Assembly: GCA_963825135.1 (NCBI GenBank)
Contig: CAWGRW010000009.1
Coordinates: 1,440,001-1,504,000 of the forward strand
From: an uncultured bacterium
GTDB lineage: Bacteria > Desulfobacterota_D > UBA1144 > Nemesobacterales > UBA2774
Length of the DNA stretch: 64,000 nt
Direction: 5' to 3'
The notes beneath the pieces were generated by a model. That model was not told the origin of the DNA and ran no database searches. It saw only the letters and a list, made by a program, of their open reading frames with translations. Positions 21,366 to 33,636 of this stretch are shown here, in pieces. Made by a program: the position numbers and the translations under genes. Position 1 is the stretch's first letter, and every line of letters starts with the position of its first letter.

Positions 21366-22318
21366 ATGGAAGACTATTCCCTAATATACGACGAGATAAA
21401 AAGGCTGAAGAAAGAAAAGAACGCCGTGGTGCTGGCGCATAATTACCAGCTGCCGGAGGTGCAGGATATCGCCGATTTTACGGCCGATTCCCTTGCCCTT
21501 TCCCGGATGGCCGCACAAACGGAAGCCGATATAATAGTTTTTTGCGGCGTGCATTTCATGGCGGAAACCGCCTCGATAATCTCCCCCCGCAAGAAAGTCC
21601 TGCTGCCCGACTTGAAGGCCGGCTGCTCCCTGGCCGATACCATCAACGCGGACGAGCTCAGGGAATGGAAGAGGGAGCACCCGGACGCCGTCGTGGTCTC
21701 GTACGTAAATACGACTGCCGAGGTCAAGGCGGAGAGCGATTACTGCTGCACATCTTCGAACGCGGTCAAGGTCGTGAACGCGGTCCCCGCGGATAGGGAG
21801 ATTCTCTTTCTCCCCGATATGTTTCTCGGGGCCTACGCGGCCAAAGTCACGGGCAGGAAAATCCACGTGTGGCCCGGCGAGTGCCACGTGCACGCGGGAA
21901 TAAAGACGGAGGACTTGAAGGAAATGAAACATTCCCATCCGGGCGCCGAGCTCGTGGTCCATCCCGAATGCGGATGCACGACGAGCCTCATGTATCAGGG
22001 CTTAAACGGCTCCGCGGGTAACGGGAACGGTCACATCAATTTTTTATCGACCGGAGGCATGATTAAGTTCGCCAAGGATTCCCCCGCAAAGGAATTCATT
22101 ATCGCTACCGAAACGGGTATGCTCCACAGGCTGAGGAAAGACAACCCGGATAAGACCTTTTACCCCGCGAGGGAGAATGCGGTCTGCAAGTACATGAAGA
22201 TGATAACCCTCGAAAAGGTGCTCAGGTCTCTCGAAGAAGAGATATACGAGGTAAAAGTCCCCGAGCACATAGCGGCAAGGGCCAGGAAATCCATAGACAG
22301 GATGCTCGAAATCACGGC

Positions 22319-22322
<4 letters not shown>
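21366..22322 (+). CDS. nadA: Quinolinate synthase
   Basis: LAHNYQ, FCGVHFMAE, AGCSLA, YVNT, CHVH, HPEC, CKYMK. Confidence 0.97.
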
Positions 22323-24079
<1,757 letters not shown>

Positions 24080-24204
24080 GTTAGGTCTTAATTATAAAGG
24101 AAGACCTCTCCTGAACACAATACGGCACAGCTATTGAGCGTCCGATAGGTTTCGGCCGGGATTTCTAAAGCTGGATTGGGGAATTTATCGGGACAAAGCC
24201 GGGC

Positions 24205-25521
24205 TCAGGAATTCATCATATTGAAGAATTCTTTGTTGGACTTCGTTCCGCTCATCTTGTCGAGGAGAAATTCCATCGCTTCCACGGTGTTCATCGGGCT
24301 CAGCACCTTCCTGAGGAGCCACACCTTGTTGAGCACTTCCGGGGAAAGGAGGAGTTCTTCCTTCCTCGTACCGGAACGCTGCAGGTCGAGCGCCGGGAAA
24401 ACCCTCTTGTCGGCGAGCCTCCTGTCGAGGTACGCCTCCATGTTGCCTGTTCCCTTGAACTCTTCGAATATAACCTCGTCCATCCTGCTGCCGGTGTCGA
24501 TAAGCGCGGTCGCGATGATAGTGAGGCTGCCCCCTTCTTCCGTGTTCCTTGCCGCGCCGAAGAACCTCTTCGGTCTCTGGAGCGCGTTTGCCTCCATGCC
24601 TCCGGACAGGACCCTTCCGCTGGCGGGGGTTACGGTGTTGCTTGCGCGGGCAAGCCTGGTCAGGCTGTCGAGAAGGATGACCACGTCCTTTCCATGCTCG
24701 ACGAGCCTCTTTGCCTTCTCCAGCACCATGTCGGCGACCTGTATGTGCCTCTGCGGCGGCTCATCGAACGTCGAGCTTACCACTTCGCCGTTGACCGAAC
24801 GTTCCATATCCGTTACTTCCTCGGGGCGCTCGTCGATCAGAAGCACTATAAGAGCGACTTCCGGGTGGTTTCTCGTTATCGCATTGGCTATCCTCTGGAG
24901 CAGTATTGTTTTACCGGTCCTCGGCTGAGCCACTATCAATCCCCTCTGCCCCATGCCTATCGGAATAAACAGGTCGAGTATCCTCGTGCAGAAATCGTTC
25001 GGATCGTATTCGAGGAATAATTTCTTATCCGGGTGGAGAGGAACGCGGTTCTCGAACGCCACCCGTTCCCTGCATACCTCGGGTGATTCGAAGTTTACCT
25101 CTTCTATTTTCAGGAGAGCAAGGTTTTTCTCGCCTTCCCTGGGAAGCCGCACCTGTCCGCCGACCGTGTCTCCTGTTTTCAAATTAAAGGAACGGATCTG
25201 TGACTTTGAAACGTATATGTCATCCGGTCCGGGGAGGTAGCTGTATTTGGGAGACCTTAAGAATCCGTAGCCCTCGGATAATATTTCGAGCACGCCTTCC
25301 GCGTATATTACGCCTTCTTTCTCGCTCTGGGCCTTCAGGATAGCGTAGATGATGTCCTGCTTCGTCATCCGCGAGGTCTCTTCGATCTCCAGGTCCCTGG
25401 CCATCTTCATGAGCTCCGCGCTCTTCTGGTTTCTGATGTCGTTCAAGTGTAGGAAATGTGATACTTCCGATACAACTTCCTTGTCTTCGGGTTTTTCCCG
25501 TAATTTGGTTGCTCTAGCCAT
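24205..25521 (-). CDS. rho: Transcription termination factor Rho
   Basis: [61 protein letters not shown]. Confidence 0.98.
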   Translation of the reverse strand: MARATKLREKPEDKEVVSEVSHFLHLNDIRNQKSAELMKMARDLEIEETSRMTKQDIIYAILKAQSEKEGVIYAEGVLEILSEGYGFLRSPKYSYLPGPDDIYVSKSQIRSFNLKTGDTVGGQVRLPREGEKNLALLKIEEVNFESPEVCRERVAFENRVPLHPDKKLFLEYDPNDFCTRILDLFIPIGMGQRGLIVAQPRTGKTILLQRIANAITRNHPEVALIVLLIDERPEEVTDMERSVNGEVVSSTFDEPPQRHIQVADMVLEKAKRLVEHGKDVVILLDSLTRLARASNTVTPASGRVLSGGMEANALQRPKRFFGAARNTEEGGSLTIIATALIDTGSRMDEVIFEEFKGTGNMEAYLDRRLADKRVFPALDLQRSGTRKEELLLSPEVLNKVWLLRKVLSPMNTVEAMEFLLDKMSGTKSNKEFFNMMNS

Positions 25522-25817
25522 GTGTTATAAGTCCTTGACTCATTATTTTTTGGAATTTACTGCTATTATCACTTTACGATTTTACGGAAATGAGTGTCAG
25601 TTCTCTTTGAGTTGTAAAAAAGTTTTAGACAACATTATTATGCATGTTAAACGTGTAATTTGTCAAGTGAGATTTTTCGGTAATAATAAAGCCCCTCGGC
25701 CGGATCGGGTCATTGGTCCGGGTTAAACAAAGCCTGCTCTTTGTGCTATAATGAAGTTTTGAGCACTCGCGGCCGGGGTCGGGGACTTGTCCGAAAATTG
25801 TTAGGATAGAGGGAGTT

Positions 25818-26774
25818 ATGAAACGAATATTTAACATATTTGTATGTCTGGCGCTTTCATTTGTCGGGGCGTACCTGCTTCGGTCCGGTGCGGGCTCCGG
25901 TGTTCTTGCGGCGGAGGGGAATATAATTGTCGCCCAATCGGACGAAGACGAAAGCGGATCCTCAACCGCTTTGCCGCCCAGGTACACGGAAGCGGAGCTC
26001 ACGTCGCTCGACGGCGAAGTATTCATCAATCCCCTGTATACCGGCAAGGTTACATCGGTCAGGACGATAGACAAGAACGGCCTCATCGGGCAGAAGGTCG
26101 GTATCGAGGTGAGGGTCATGACGGACGGCTGGCGGAAATTCAGCCTCCCTCAGTCGGCCGCGGGCGCTTACGGAGTGATCGTATCGGGGGATGAAGGAAT
26201 ATTAAAGATATCGAAGCCGGCCGACACGGCCGCACCCTCGGGCGGAGAATTAAAGTCCGTAAAGAAGCTCGTTATAGAATTCGGCTACCTGAGCACCGTA
26301 TTTTCATTCCCGGCCATGAACATCCTCGAGCCCAGCAAGGTCGAGCTCGGAGTCCTTAACAACGCCGATAACAAGTTCATCAACGGAACGATTATTGCCA
26401 TGAAGTCCGATCAGGCGGCCGTGGAATTCCAGGAACTCCCGTCGAGTGTCGTAAATAAAGAAGGGAAAGTAAGGGTGAGCCTGAAGGAGCCCGGCGGTAC
26501 TTTTGTCAACTCGGACATACCCGCATGGGGATATAACATTATCGTGTCCGAAACCGATATAGATGCCCCCGCCCCGATAAAGGCCGAGGTCTTCGGCCTG
26601 CCCGAGGACGCCGAAATAAGGTTCGATTTCAGCTCCCTTACCGGCCAGGTTATAAACCCCTCGACGAAGATAATGACGGTCGGGGAGATTAATAAGGGGA
26701 CGGCGGTTTCGACGATAACGACGAAAATCGGCGGCGCGCAGCCGCTCACGGTTACGGTGAAAAGGGTGAAGTAG
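25818..26774 (+). CDS. Exported hypothetical protein, beta-rich (possible tandem Ig-like domains)
   Basis: 318-aa ORF, signal peptide, GAGGGAG RBS, alternating hydrophobic patterns. Confidence 0.75.
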   Translation: MKRIFNIFVCLALSFVGAYLLRSGAGSGVLAAEGNIIVAQSDEDESGSSTALPPRYTEAELTSLDGEVFINPLYTGKVTSVRTIDKNGLIGQKVGIEVRVMTDGWRKFSLPQSAAGAYGVIVSGDEGILKISKPADTAAPSGGELKSVKKLVIEFGYLSTVFSFPAMNILEPSKVELGVLNNADNKFINGTIIAMKSDQAAVEFQELPSSVVNKEGKVRVSLKEPGGTFVNSDIPAWGYNIIVSETDIDAPAPIKAEVFGLPEDAEIRFDFSSLTGQVINPSTKIMTVGEINKGTAVSTITTKIGGAQPLTVTVKRVK

Positions 26775-26866
26775 CGAGAAATTCCGCGCTCTTGCCAATC
26801 TTTATCTAATGTCTTAGAATTCTTTGTACAGTATATTTTAACGCTTGGGAGTGAGGTGATACAACC

Positions 26867-27616
26867 ATGTCCGGCCATTCGAAATGGGCGAATATTAAAC
26901 ACAGAAAGGCGGCGGTAGACGCGAAGAGGGGTAAGGTTTTCACTAAGCTTATCCGGGAGCTCACCGTTGCCGCAAAACACGGCGGCGGTGATGCGGAAGC
27001 CAATCCGCGCCTGAGGACGGCGATTGCAGCCGCGAAAAACCAAAACATGGCGAACGATACTATCGACCGCGCGATAAAACGGGGCACAGGGGAGATGGGC
27101 GGCGAGGAGTATCATGAATTGTCCTACGAGGGCTACGGGCCCGGCGGGAGCGCCGTTCTTGTAAAAACCCTTACCGACAACAAGAACAGGACCGTTTCCG
27201 ATATCAGGAGGATCTTCACGAAGTACGGCGGGAGCCTCGGGGAATCCGGATGCGTTTCATGGATGTTCCACATGAAGGGCAGGATCGCGTTTGAGAAGAG
27301 CAAGGCGGACGAGGACAAGGTCTTCGAGATAGCTCTCGACGCGGGGGCGGACGACGTAATTACTGAAGAGAGCGAGCTCGTGGTGATAACCCCGCCCGAT
27401 GCGTTCGAAGCCGTAAAATCGGCTATCCGGGCCGCGGGCCTCAGCTTCGAGACGGCCGAGGTTACGATGATCCCTCAGACCAGCATCAAGATCGAAGGCA
27501 GAGAGGCCGAGCACATGATCCGTCTCATGGAAGCTCTGGAGGACAGCGACGACGTTCAGGACGTTTATTCGAACTTCGACGTTTCCGAGGAGCTCATGAT
27601 GAGCCTGGCGTCCTGA
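26867..27616 (+). CDS. yebC: YebC/PmpR-family protein
   Basis: [43 protein letters not shown]. Confidence 0.97.
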   Translation: MSGHSKWANIKHRKAAVDAKRGKVFTKLIRELTVAAKHGGGDAEANPRLRTAIAAAKNQNMANDTIDRAIKRGTGEMGGEEYHELSYEGYGPGGSAVLVKTLTDNKNRTVSDIRRIFTKYGGSLGESGCVSWMFHMKGRIAFEKSKADEDKVFEIALDAGADDVITEESELVVITPPDAFEAVKSAIRAAGLSFETAEVTMIPQTSIKIEGREAEHMIRLMEALEDSDDVQDVYSNFDVSEELMMSLAS

Positions 27617-27618
27617 TA

Positions 27619-28170
27619 ATGAGGGTTCTCGGCATAGACCCCGGCTCCAGGGTGTGCGGTTACGGGGTACTCGATGCCCGGAACGGCGATATCAGGCATG
27701 TGGCGAGCGGGAGCATCTCCCCGGGGAACAGTCTGCCGCTCTATCAAAGGTTAAAAATAATATACGAGTCTCTGATTAACGTGATCGGCGAGCATTCGCC
27801 CGACGTGATGTCCGTCGAGGACATCTTCTTCGCGAAAAACGCGAAGAGCGCGATAAAGCTCGGGGAAGCAAGGGGGGTAGCGCTCCTCGCGGCTTCCAAT
27901 ACGGGGCTCCAGATCTACGAGTACTCCCCGACCAGAATAAAGCTCGCCCTGACCGGCAGGGGGAGAGCGAACAAGACCGAGATGCAGAAGATGCTTTCCA
28001 TCATGCTCGGGGTATCCGAATTCGAAACGGAAGACGCGTCGGACGCGGTGGCCATAGCGCTTTGCCATATCAATCTCTCACGCATAGAGGCCAAGCTGGG
28101 CAAGGAATTCACCGAGCCGCGGAAGAGAAGGAGGCGCTTCACTCTAAATGATCTCCCTTCTAAGGGGTAA
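27619..28170 (+). CDS. ruvC: Holliday junction resolvase RuvC
   Basis: VLGIDPG, KLGEARG, TGRGRANK, DASDAVAIALCH. Confidence 0.96.
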   Translation: MRVLGIDPGSRVCGYGVLDARNGDIRHVASGSISPGNSLPLYQRLKIIYESLINVIGEHSPDVMSVEDIFFAKNAKSAIKLGEARGVALLAASNTGLQIYEYSPTRIKLALTGRGRANKTEMQKMLSIMLGVSEFETEDASDAVAIALCHINLSRIEAKLGKEFTEPRKRRRRFTLNDLPSKG

Positions 28171-28735
28171 GGTTGCGCATAAGTCGCTGGGGAAGGTGGT
28201 GGTCGACGTAGGCGGAGTCGGATACGGAGTCACCGTGCCCCTGTCCACGTACTACAGACTCCCCGAGACAGGCGGCGAGACCGAGCTGAAAATTCATACC
28301 AGCATGAAGGACTCGTCGATCGAGCTTTTCGGTTTTCATACCGAGGACGAGCGCGCGGTGTTCATGCTCCTGATAGGCGTTGCCGGAGTGGGACCGAGGG
28401 TGGCGACCAATATACTTTCCAATGTGACACCGTCTGAATTTGCCTCGGCACTGTCGTCCGGGGACCTCGAGAAAAAGAAAATACCGGGTATAGGGCCCAA
28501 GCTCGCTTCGAGGCTGACTACGGAGCTCAGGGACAAGGTCTCCGAGCTCCGCGCATTGGAAGGATCGGTCCGGCAGCCTGGCGTATTCGAGGACGTCGTC
28601 TCCGCCCTCCTCAACCTCGGGTATAAAAGGGCCGAGATCGACGAGCATGTTTCCGAGCTCGAGAGGATATCCGCTCACGAGAGCGGGATCGAGAAGGCGC
28701 TCAGGGAATCGCTTAAAGTGATGAGGAAGTTATGA
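28148..28735 (+). CDS. ruvA: Holliday junction branch migration protein RuvA
   Basis: DVGGVGY, LFGF, VAGVGPRVA, IPGIGPKLA, SALLNLGY. Confidence 0.95.
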   Translation: MISLLRGKVAHKSLGKVVVDVGGVGYGVTVPLSTYYRLPETGGETELKIHTSMKDSSIELFGFHTEDERAVFMLLIGVAGVGPRVATNILSNVTPSEFASALSSGDLEKKKIPGIGPKLASRLTTELRDKVSELRALEGSVRQPGVFEDVVSALLNLGYKRAEIDEHVSELERISAHESGIEKALRESLKVMRKL

Positions 28736-28814
28736 GCTGCTTCCGCCCGCCGGCATTTCTAAGCTTTTTCTGTTCATATATAATTAGAATGACTCTTAAA
28801 GCAGGGAGCGTGAC

Positions 28815-29837
28815 ATGGCAGAGAGGCTTCTGAGCCCCAAAGACAGGGAGGAAGAGTCGCTCCTCGATACCAACCTCAGGCCCGACAGGCTTAAAGACTA
28901 TCTGGGTCAGGTCAAGGTCAAGGAAAAGGTGGAAATTTTCATCGAGGCCGCGAGGAAGCGCAGGGAAGCCCTCGACCACGTGCTCCTCTACGGCCCTCCC
29001 GGTCTCGGGAAGACCACGCTCGCCCACGTCGTATCGAACGAGCTCGGCGTGAAGATACACGCCACGTCCGGGCCCGTAATCGAGAGGGTGGGCGACCTCG
29101 CCTCCATACTGACGAATCTCGAGGACAGGGACGTCCTCTTCATCGACGAGATACACCGCCTCAACCGTATCGTCGAGGAGTATCTCTATTCGGCGATGGA
29201 GGACTACAAGATAGACATAATGATCGGCGAGGGGCCGACCGCGAAGTCGATGAAGGTGGGGGTGAGCAGGTTTACCCTCATCGGGGCGACCACGAGGACG
29301 GGGCTTCTGACCTCCCCGCTCAGGTCGAGGTTCGGCGTCGATCTGAGGCTCGATTACTACACCTCCGGGGAGATAGAGGAGATACTGAAGAGGTCGGCCG
29401 GGATCCTGGGGGTGGAAATAACGCCCGACGGGGTTGCCGAGCTCGCCTGCCGCGCGCGCGGCACGCCGCGTATAGCGAACAGGCTCCTGAAAAGGGTGAG
29501 GGATTTCGCCCAAGTCAGGGCGAACGGGGTCATAAACATGGGTGTCGCCGGTTCCGCCCTCGAAATGCTCGAAGTGGATTCACTCGGGCTCGATAACCTC
29601 GACAGGGCAATACTGGAGACGATAATCGGAAAGTTCAGGGGAGGGCCCGTGGGCATAGATTCGATAGCGGCGGCGGTGAGCGAGGACAAGGACACGATCG
29701 AGGACGTATACGAGCCCTTTTTGATCAGGCAGGGGCTTATTATGAAAACCCCGAGGGGGAGGACGGTCACCCCGCTCGGTTACGCTCACCTCAATATCAA
29801 GGCGCCCCGGGCGCAAAAAGGGCTGTTCGGCGATTAG
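28815..29837 (+). CDS. ruvB: Holliday junction helicase RuvB
   Basis: [38 protein letters not shown]. Confidence 0.98.
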   Translation: MAERLLSPKDREEESLLDTNLRPDRLKDYLGQVKVKEKVEIFIEAARKRREALDHVLLYGPPGLGKTTLAHVVSNELGVKIHATSGPVIERVGDLASILTNLEDRDVLFIDEIHRLNRIVEEYLYSAMEDYKIDIMIGEGPTAKSMKVGVSRFTLIGATTRTGLLTSPLRSRFGVDLRLDYYTSGEIEEILKRSAGILGVEITPDGVAELACRARGTPRIANRLLKRVRDFAQVRANGVINMGVAGSALEMLEVDSLGLDNLDRAILETIIGKFRGGPVGIDSIAAAVSEDKDTIEDVYEPFLIRQGLIMKTPRGRTVTPLGYAHLNIKAPRAQKGLFGD

Positions 29838-30286
29838 TTCGGCTTATTCAGCGGTATCTCCTTTATAAACTCGTCCCAGTGCTCCTCGGTAATGAGGTCG
29901 AGCTCCTTTCTGGGTTTTTCATACCCTCCGCCTTCCGGAAAGAGCTTGTTGTACACCTCGTCCCGGAGTTCGAGCCACCTGTCTATCGACTGGTAATTCT
30001 TGAACTTCACGACCGTCTTATAGGTCCAGAGCGGCTCGAGCGTGTGCACTCGCTGGGTAAAGAGCTTGTATTCATCGACTATGATCCCCTGCTTCTGCAT
30101 TTCGCTCCAGAAGGGATATAGCTTTTCCCTGTAGATCTCGAGGAACTTGTCCCTGTTCTCGGGTTTGACCACGTAAAAGCTCTCCTCGATGACGACTTTG
30201 TATCTGTCCTCGGCTGCCCCGGCGAAAGAAGCCGCGATCAGAAGCAGCGCCCAGGTAAAAGCGATGGACCTCGCCAACTTTTCCAT
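29834..30286 (-). CDS. Exported hypothetical protein (possibly NIPSNAP-like dimeric barrel)
   Basis: 150-aa ORF with AxA signal peptide, AGGAGG upstream; [15 protein letters not shown] pattern. Confidence 0.7.
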   Translation of the reverse strand: MEKLARSIAFTWALLLIAASFAGAAEDRYKVVIEESFYVVKPENRDKFLEIYREKLYPFWSEMQKQGIIVDEYKLFTQRVHTLEPLWTYKTVVKFKNYQSIDRWLELRDEVYNKLFPEGGGYEKPRKELDLITEEHWDEFIKEIPLNKPN

Positions 30287-30537
30287 GATATTATAAGGCC
30301 TCCTTTTTTCTATTCCGGAATTCCCTGCCCTTCTTTTACAGGACTATTATACATTTTGGGCGGAAAATCAAACAAACCCGCATGAATCTGGATTTTATAG
30401 CGAATTTTATTTGATTTTAGTTTTTAAGTATGGAAAACTTAATATGGAATCTTAAATGCAGCTCGTTCGTATTTAACAATCAGAAACATTGATTTTCATT
30501 CAAACCCTAAATCCAACTTATCAGCAGGGCAACACAG

Positions 30538-31296
30538 ATGACAAACTGGATATATTTCATGTTAGAGGCGCAGGCGAATAACGGAGCCGGCCAGATAAAA
30601 ATCGTGAACCTCATAACCGATGCCGGTCCGGTCGTGAAGGTCGTACTGCTCCTCCTTTTCATCATGTCGGTGATCTCGTGGACGATAATTTTTTCGAAGG
30701 CCTTTGTCCTGAAAAGGGCGGCCAAGAGGTCCGAGAAGTTCCTCGAGCTCTACACCGCGAGCGGCAATTTCGGGAACCTCTACTCCTCCACCAAGCACAT
30801 CGGCGGTCCGATCGCCGAGGTGTTCAGGGCCGGGTACACGGAAATACTGAAACTGAGAAGGGCGAGCGGCGCGGCTCAGAGCGCCGAATCGAAGACTAAT
30901 GCGGAGATCATAGTCAACGAGCTGGGCGTGGTGGAGCTCGTCGAAAGGGCGCTCAAAAGGACCATGGCGTCGGAGACAGCCAAGCTCGAAGGGTCTCTGA
31001 TCTTTCTCGCCACCACAGGGAGCGCCGCGCCTTTTATAGGACTATTCGGCACCGTCTGGGGCATCATGACCTCGTTCATAGGACTCGCGGGGAGCCAGGG
31101 CGTGCCCACGCTCCAGGCCGTCGCCCCCGGTATCGCAGAGGCCCTCGTAGCGACTGCGATAGGGCTCGCGGCGGCTATACCGGCCGTTATCGCGTACAAC
31201 TATTTCGTCAGCAGGGTAAAGAGGATAGACATCGAAATGGAGAATTTCTCCTCCGAATTCCTCAACATCGTGGACAGATACATTAAGAAGGTATAA
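30538..31296 (+). CDS. tolQ: Tol-Pal system motor subunit TolQ
   Basis: [48 protein letters not shown]. Confidence 0.93.
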   Translation: MTNWIYFMLEAQANNGAGQIKIVNLITDAGPVVKVVLLLLFIMSVISWTIIFSKAFVLKRAAKRSEKFLELYTASGNFGNLYSSTKHIGGPIAEVFRAGYTEILKLRRASGAAQSAESKTNAEIIVNELGVVELVERALKRTMASETAKLEGSLIFLATTGSAAPFIGLFGTVWGIMTSFIGLAGSQGVPTLQAVAPGIAEALVATAIGLAAAIPAVIAYNYFVSRVKRIDIEMENFSSEFLNIVDRYIKKV

Positions 31297-31301
31297 GAAA
31301 A

Positions 31302-31745
31302 ATGGGAATGCAGACAGGTAAAGAAGGACGAACCGTCATGTCCGAGATAAACGTCACTCCGTTCGTGGACGTGATGCTCGTTCTGCTGGTGATTTTCATG
31401 GTCACGACCCCGATCCTCTATCAGGGGGTGGATGTGAACCTCCCTAAAACGGAGTCTCGTCCCATGCCCGCTCTCGACCAGGAGAGGAAAGTGGTTGTCA
31501 CACTCAACAGGAACGGTGAAATATTTATCGAGAAGGAGCGGTACACGCTCGACGAGCTCCGGATCGAGGTCAGGAAGCTCATGGCCGATAAAGGCAAGGA
31601 CCTATCGAGCGAGGACGTATTCTTGAGGGCCGATTCTTCGGTTCCCTACGGCGCGGTAGTCGAAGTCATGTCCGAGATAAGAAATGCGGGGGTACAGAAG
31701 ATCGGGCTTATCACGGAGCCCGTTCCGAACGACGGCCAGAGGTGA
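31302..31745 (+). CDS. tolR: Tol-Pal system motor subunit TolR
   Basis: SEINVTPFVDVMLVLLVIFMVT, VNLP, LRADSSVPYG. Confidence 0.93.
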   Translation: MGMQTGKEGRTVMSEINVTPFVDVMLVLLVIFMVTTPILYQGVDVNLPKTESRPMPALDQERKVVVTLNRNGEIFIEKERYTLDELRIEVRKLMADKGKDLSSEDVFLRADSSVPYGAVVEVMSEIRNAGVQKIGLITEPVPNDGQR

Positions 31746-32857
31746 GCGGGGAAATGAAACCGGAAGATAAAGATACATCCAAGGGCACATCTTTTTGGGG
31801 AATGTTTTTTTCGGTCGCTTTGCATGCGACGGTGCTGGCTCTCGTTTTATTCTGGGGACTCAGCGGCACATCAAACAACAGCAGCTCGAGCGGGCCGATA
31901 GAGGTGTCGCTCTCGGGCCTGGGGCCCGGGGGAGGGCACAACTCAAGCCCGGCGTCTCAACAGAATAAACCCCCCGAGGAGCCGAAGAAGGCAGAGCCTC
32001 CGAAGCAGGAACCGCCGGTAGTCGAAAAGGAGGAGGTCAAAGCTCCCCCTCCGGAGCCTGAAAAGAAAGAGCCCCCCAAGGAACCCGAGAAGGAAGAGCC
32101 CAAAGAGGAGCCTAAGGAAGAAAAACCCAAAGAGGTGGTAAAAGAGGAGCCCGAGAAAAAAGAAGTCATACCTCTTGAGACGGAGAAAAAAAAGGAAGTA
32201 AAGAAAGAAGAGCCCAAGAAGACGGAGCCTCCCAAGGAAGTGAAAAAGGAGGTAGCCGAGAAGCCCAAGCCGACGGAAAAACCCAAGGCGGAGCCCAAGA
32301 AAACGACCGCGAGCAGCAAAAAGAATCTGGAGAGCGAGAAGAACAAGGTCCTTCAGGACATCAAGAGACAGAGAGTCCTGGAGGAGTTAAAGGGCGGGTC
32401 CGAGGAGAGCGCAAAGCCCGAGGAGGAGATGGGTGAGGAGCAGAAACTCGCGATGTCCGATTCCGGGGAGACGCCCGGGAAATCGGAGCCGGGTCCCGGC
32501 GATTCGTCCGAGGGGTCTTCTAAAAGTATGGAGGGCTCCGGCAGCGGCTCGTCCCTGAACCCCGTCTTGTTGCAGCTCTATACCGATAAAGTCCACCAGA
32601 GGATAAGCAGGAACTGGAGGATTCCGCCGGGGGTGCCTACGGACGGCAATATGCAGGCGGTAGTATTTTTTAAGGTCGACCAGAGCGGAAAGGTGTTCGA
32701 TGTCAGGGTGAACGAGTCTTCGGGGAACGCCGCGTTCGACGAGTACTGTGTCAGCGCTGTACGCAAATCCGCCCCCCTGCCCCCCCCGCCTTCGGAATTC
32801 GCTGAAGAGGCGAAGACGAGCGGAGTGCTCGTCCCGTTTAAGAACAAGACCTACTGA
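31742..32857 (+). CDS. tolA: TolA/TonB-family energy transducer
   Basis: TM with SVALH motif, Pro/Glu/Lys-rich stalk, C-terminal ISRNW..SSGNAAFD..PLPPPP; follows tolQR. Confidence 0.85.
   Translation: MSGEMKPEDKDTSKGTSFWGMFFSVALHATVLALVLFWGLSGTSNNSSSSGPIEVSLSGLGPGGGHNSSPASQQNKPPEEPKKAEPPKQEPPVVEKEEVKAPPPEPEKKEPPKEPEKEEPKEEPKEEKPKEVVKEEPEKKEVIPLETEKKKEVKKEEPKKTEPPKEVKKEVAEKPKPTEKPKAEPKKTTASSKKNLESEKNKVLQDIKRQRVLEELKGGSEESAKPEEEMGEEQKLAMSDSGETPGKSEPGPGDSSEGSSKSMEGSGSGSSLNPVLLQLYTDKVHQRISRNWRIPPGVPTDGNMQAVVFFKVDQSGKVFDVRVNESSGNAAFDEYCVSAVRKSAPLPPPPSEFAEEAKTSGVLVPFKNKTY
31965..32310 (+). repeat. Low-complexity (E/K)EP(P/K)K coding repeats of the TolA stalk
   Basis: EPKKAEPPKQEPP, KEPPKEPEKEEPKEEPKEEKPKE, EKPKPTEKPK. 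Confidence 0.7.
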
Positions 32858-32919
32858 CGGACGGTAATATCACTGCCGCCGCATTATTAGCGCTTAAATT
32901 TATTTATCGGAGTCCGATA

Positions 32920-33546
32920 TTGAACCTTATCCTCATACGTCACGGTGAAACGGAATGGAACAGGACCGGCAGGTGTCAGGGCGTTGCGGATATAGACCTC
33001 AACGACACCGGGAGGAGACAGGTTGGGGAGCTCGCGCATTCGTTAAAAGACGCCGATATCAGAGCCGTGTATTCGAGCGACCTCCTGAGGGCGCTCCGCA
33101 CGGCGAGGCAGATTGCGTCCCATCACGACCTCGATGTCAATATAGACAAGGACCTGAGGGAAATGGACCAGGGGGACCTCGAAGGACTCCTCTTCGAAGA
33201 CATAAGGGACAGGTACTCGGACGTCATGAAGGAATGGAGAGAGAGCCCGGAGACCCTCAGGCTTCCCGGCGGGGAATCGCTCTCGCAGGTCCAGGATAGG
33301 GCATGGAGCGTATTCGAAAAGATTAACAGGCTCCACGCGGGCGAGACCGTGGTAGCGGTCAGCCATAACCTCACGATCACGGCCCTGCTCTGCAAGATTA
33401 CCGGGGTCGGTCTCAGGGGCTTCCGCAATTTCAACCTCCGCGCCGCATCGAAGAATATAATCGTTTCCGTAAACGGAAACATAGAGGTAAGGCTCCTTAA
33501 CGATGTCTCCCATCTCTCACCGAATGATTCGCTTCCCGAATTCTGA
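32920..33546 (+). CDS. Histidine phosphatase (phosphoglycerate mutase/CobC-like)
   Basis: LIRHGETEWN, SSDLLRA, LREMDQG, PGGES, VSH; TTG start. Confidence 0.93.
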   Translation: MNLILIRHGETEWNRTGRCQGVADIDLNDTGRRQVGELAHSLKDADIRAVYSSDLLRALRTARQIASHHDLDVNIDKDLREMDQGDLEGLLFEDIRDRYSDVMKEWRESPETLRLPGGESLSQVQDRAWSVFEKINRLHAGETVVAVSHNLTITALLCKITGVGLRGFRNFNLRAASKNIIVSVNGNIEVRLLNDVSHLSPNDSLPEF

Positions 33547-33636
33547 TAGCTCGACAGCCCGCTTAGAAAGGGTTTTCATACGAGCGGGTTTTCTTGTAAC
33601 TCCCGGCAATATGTGGTGTAATTTCCCGATAGCGAT

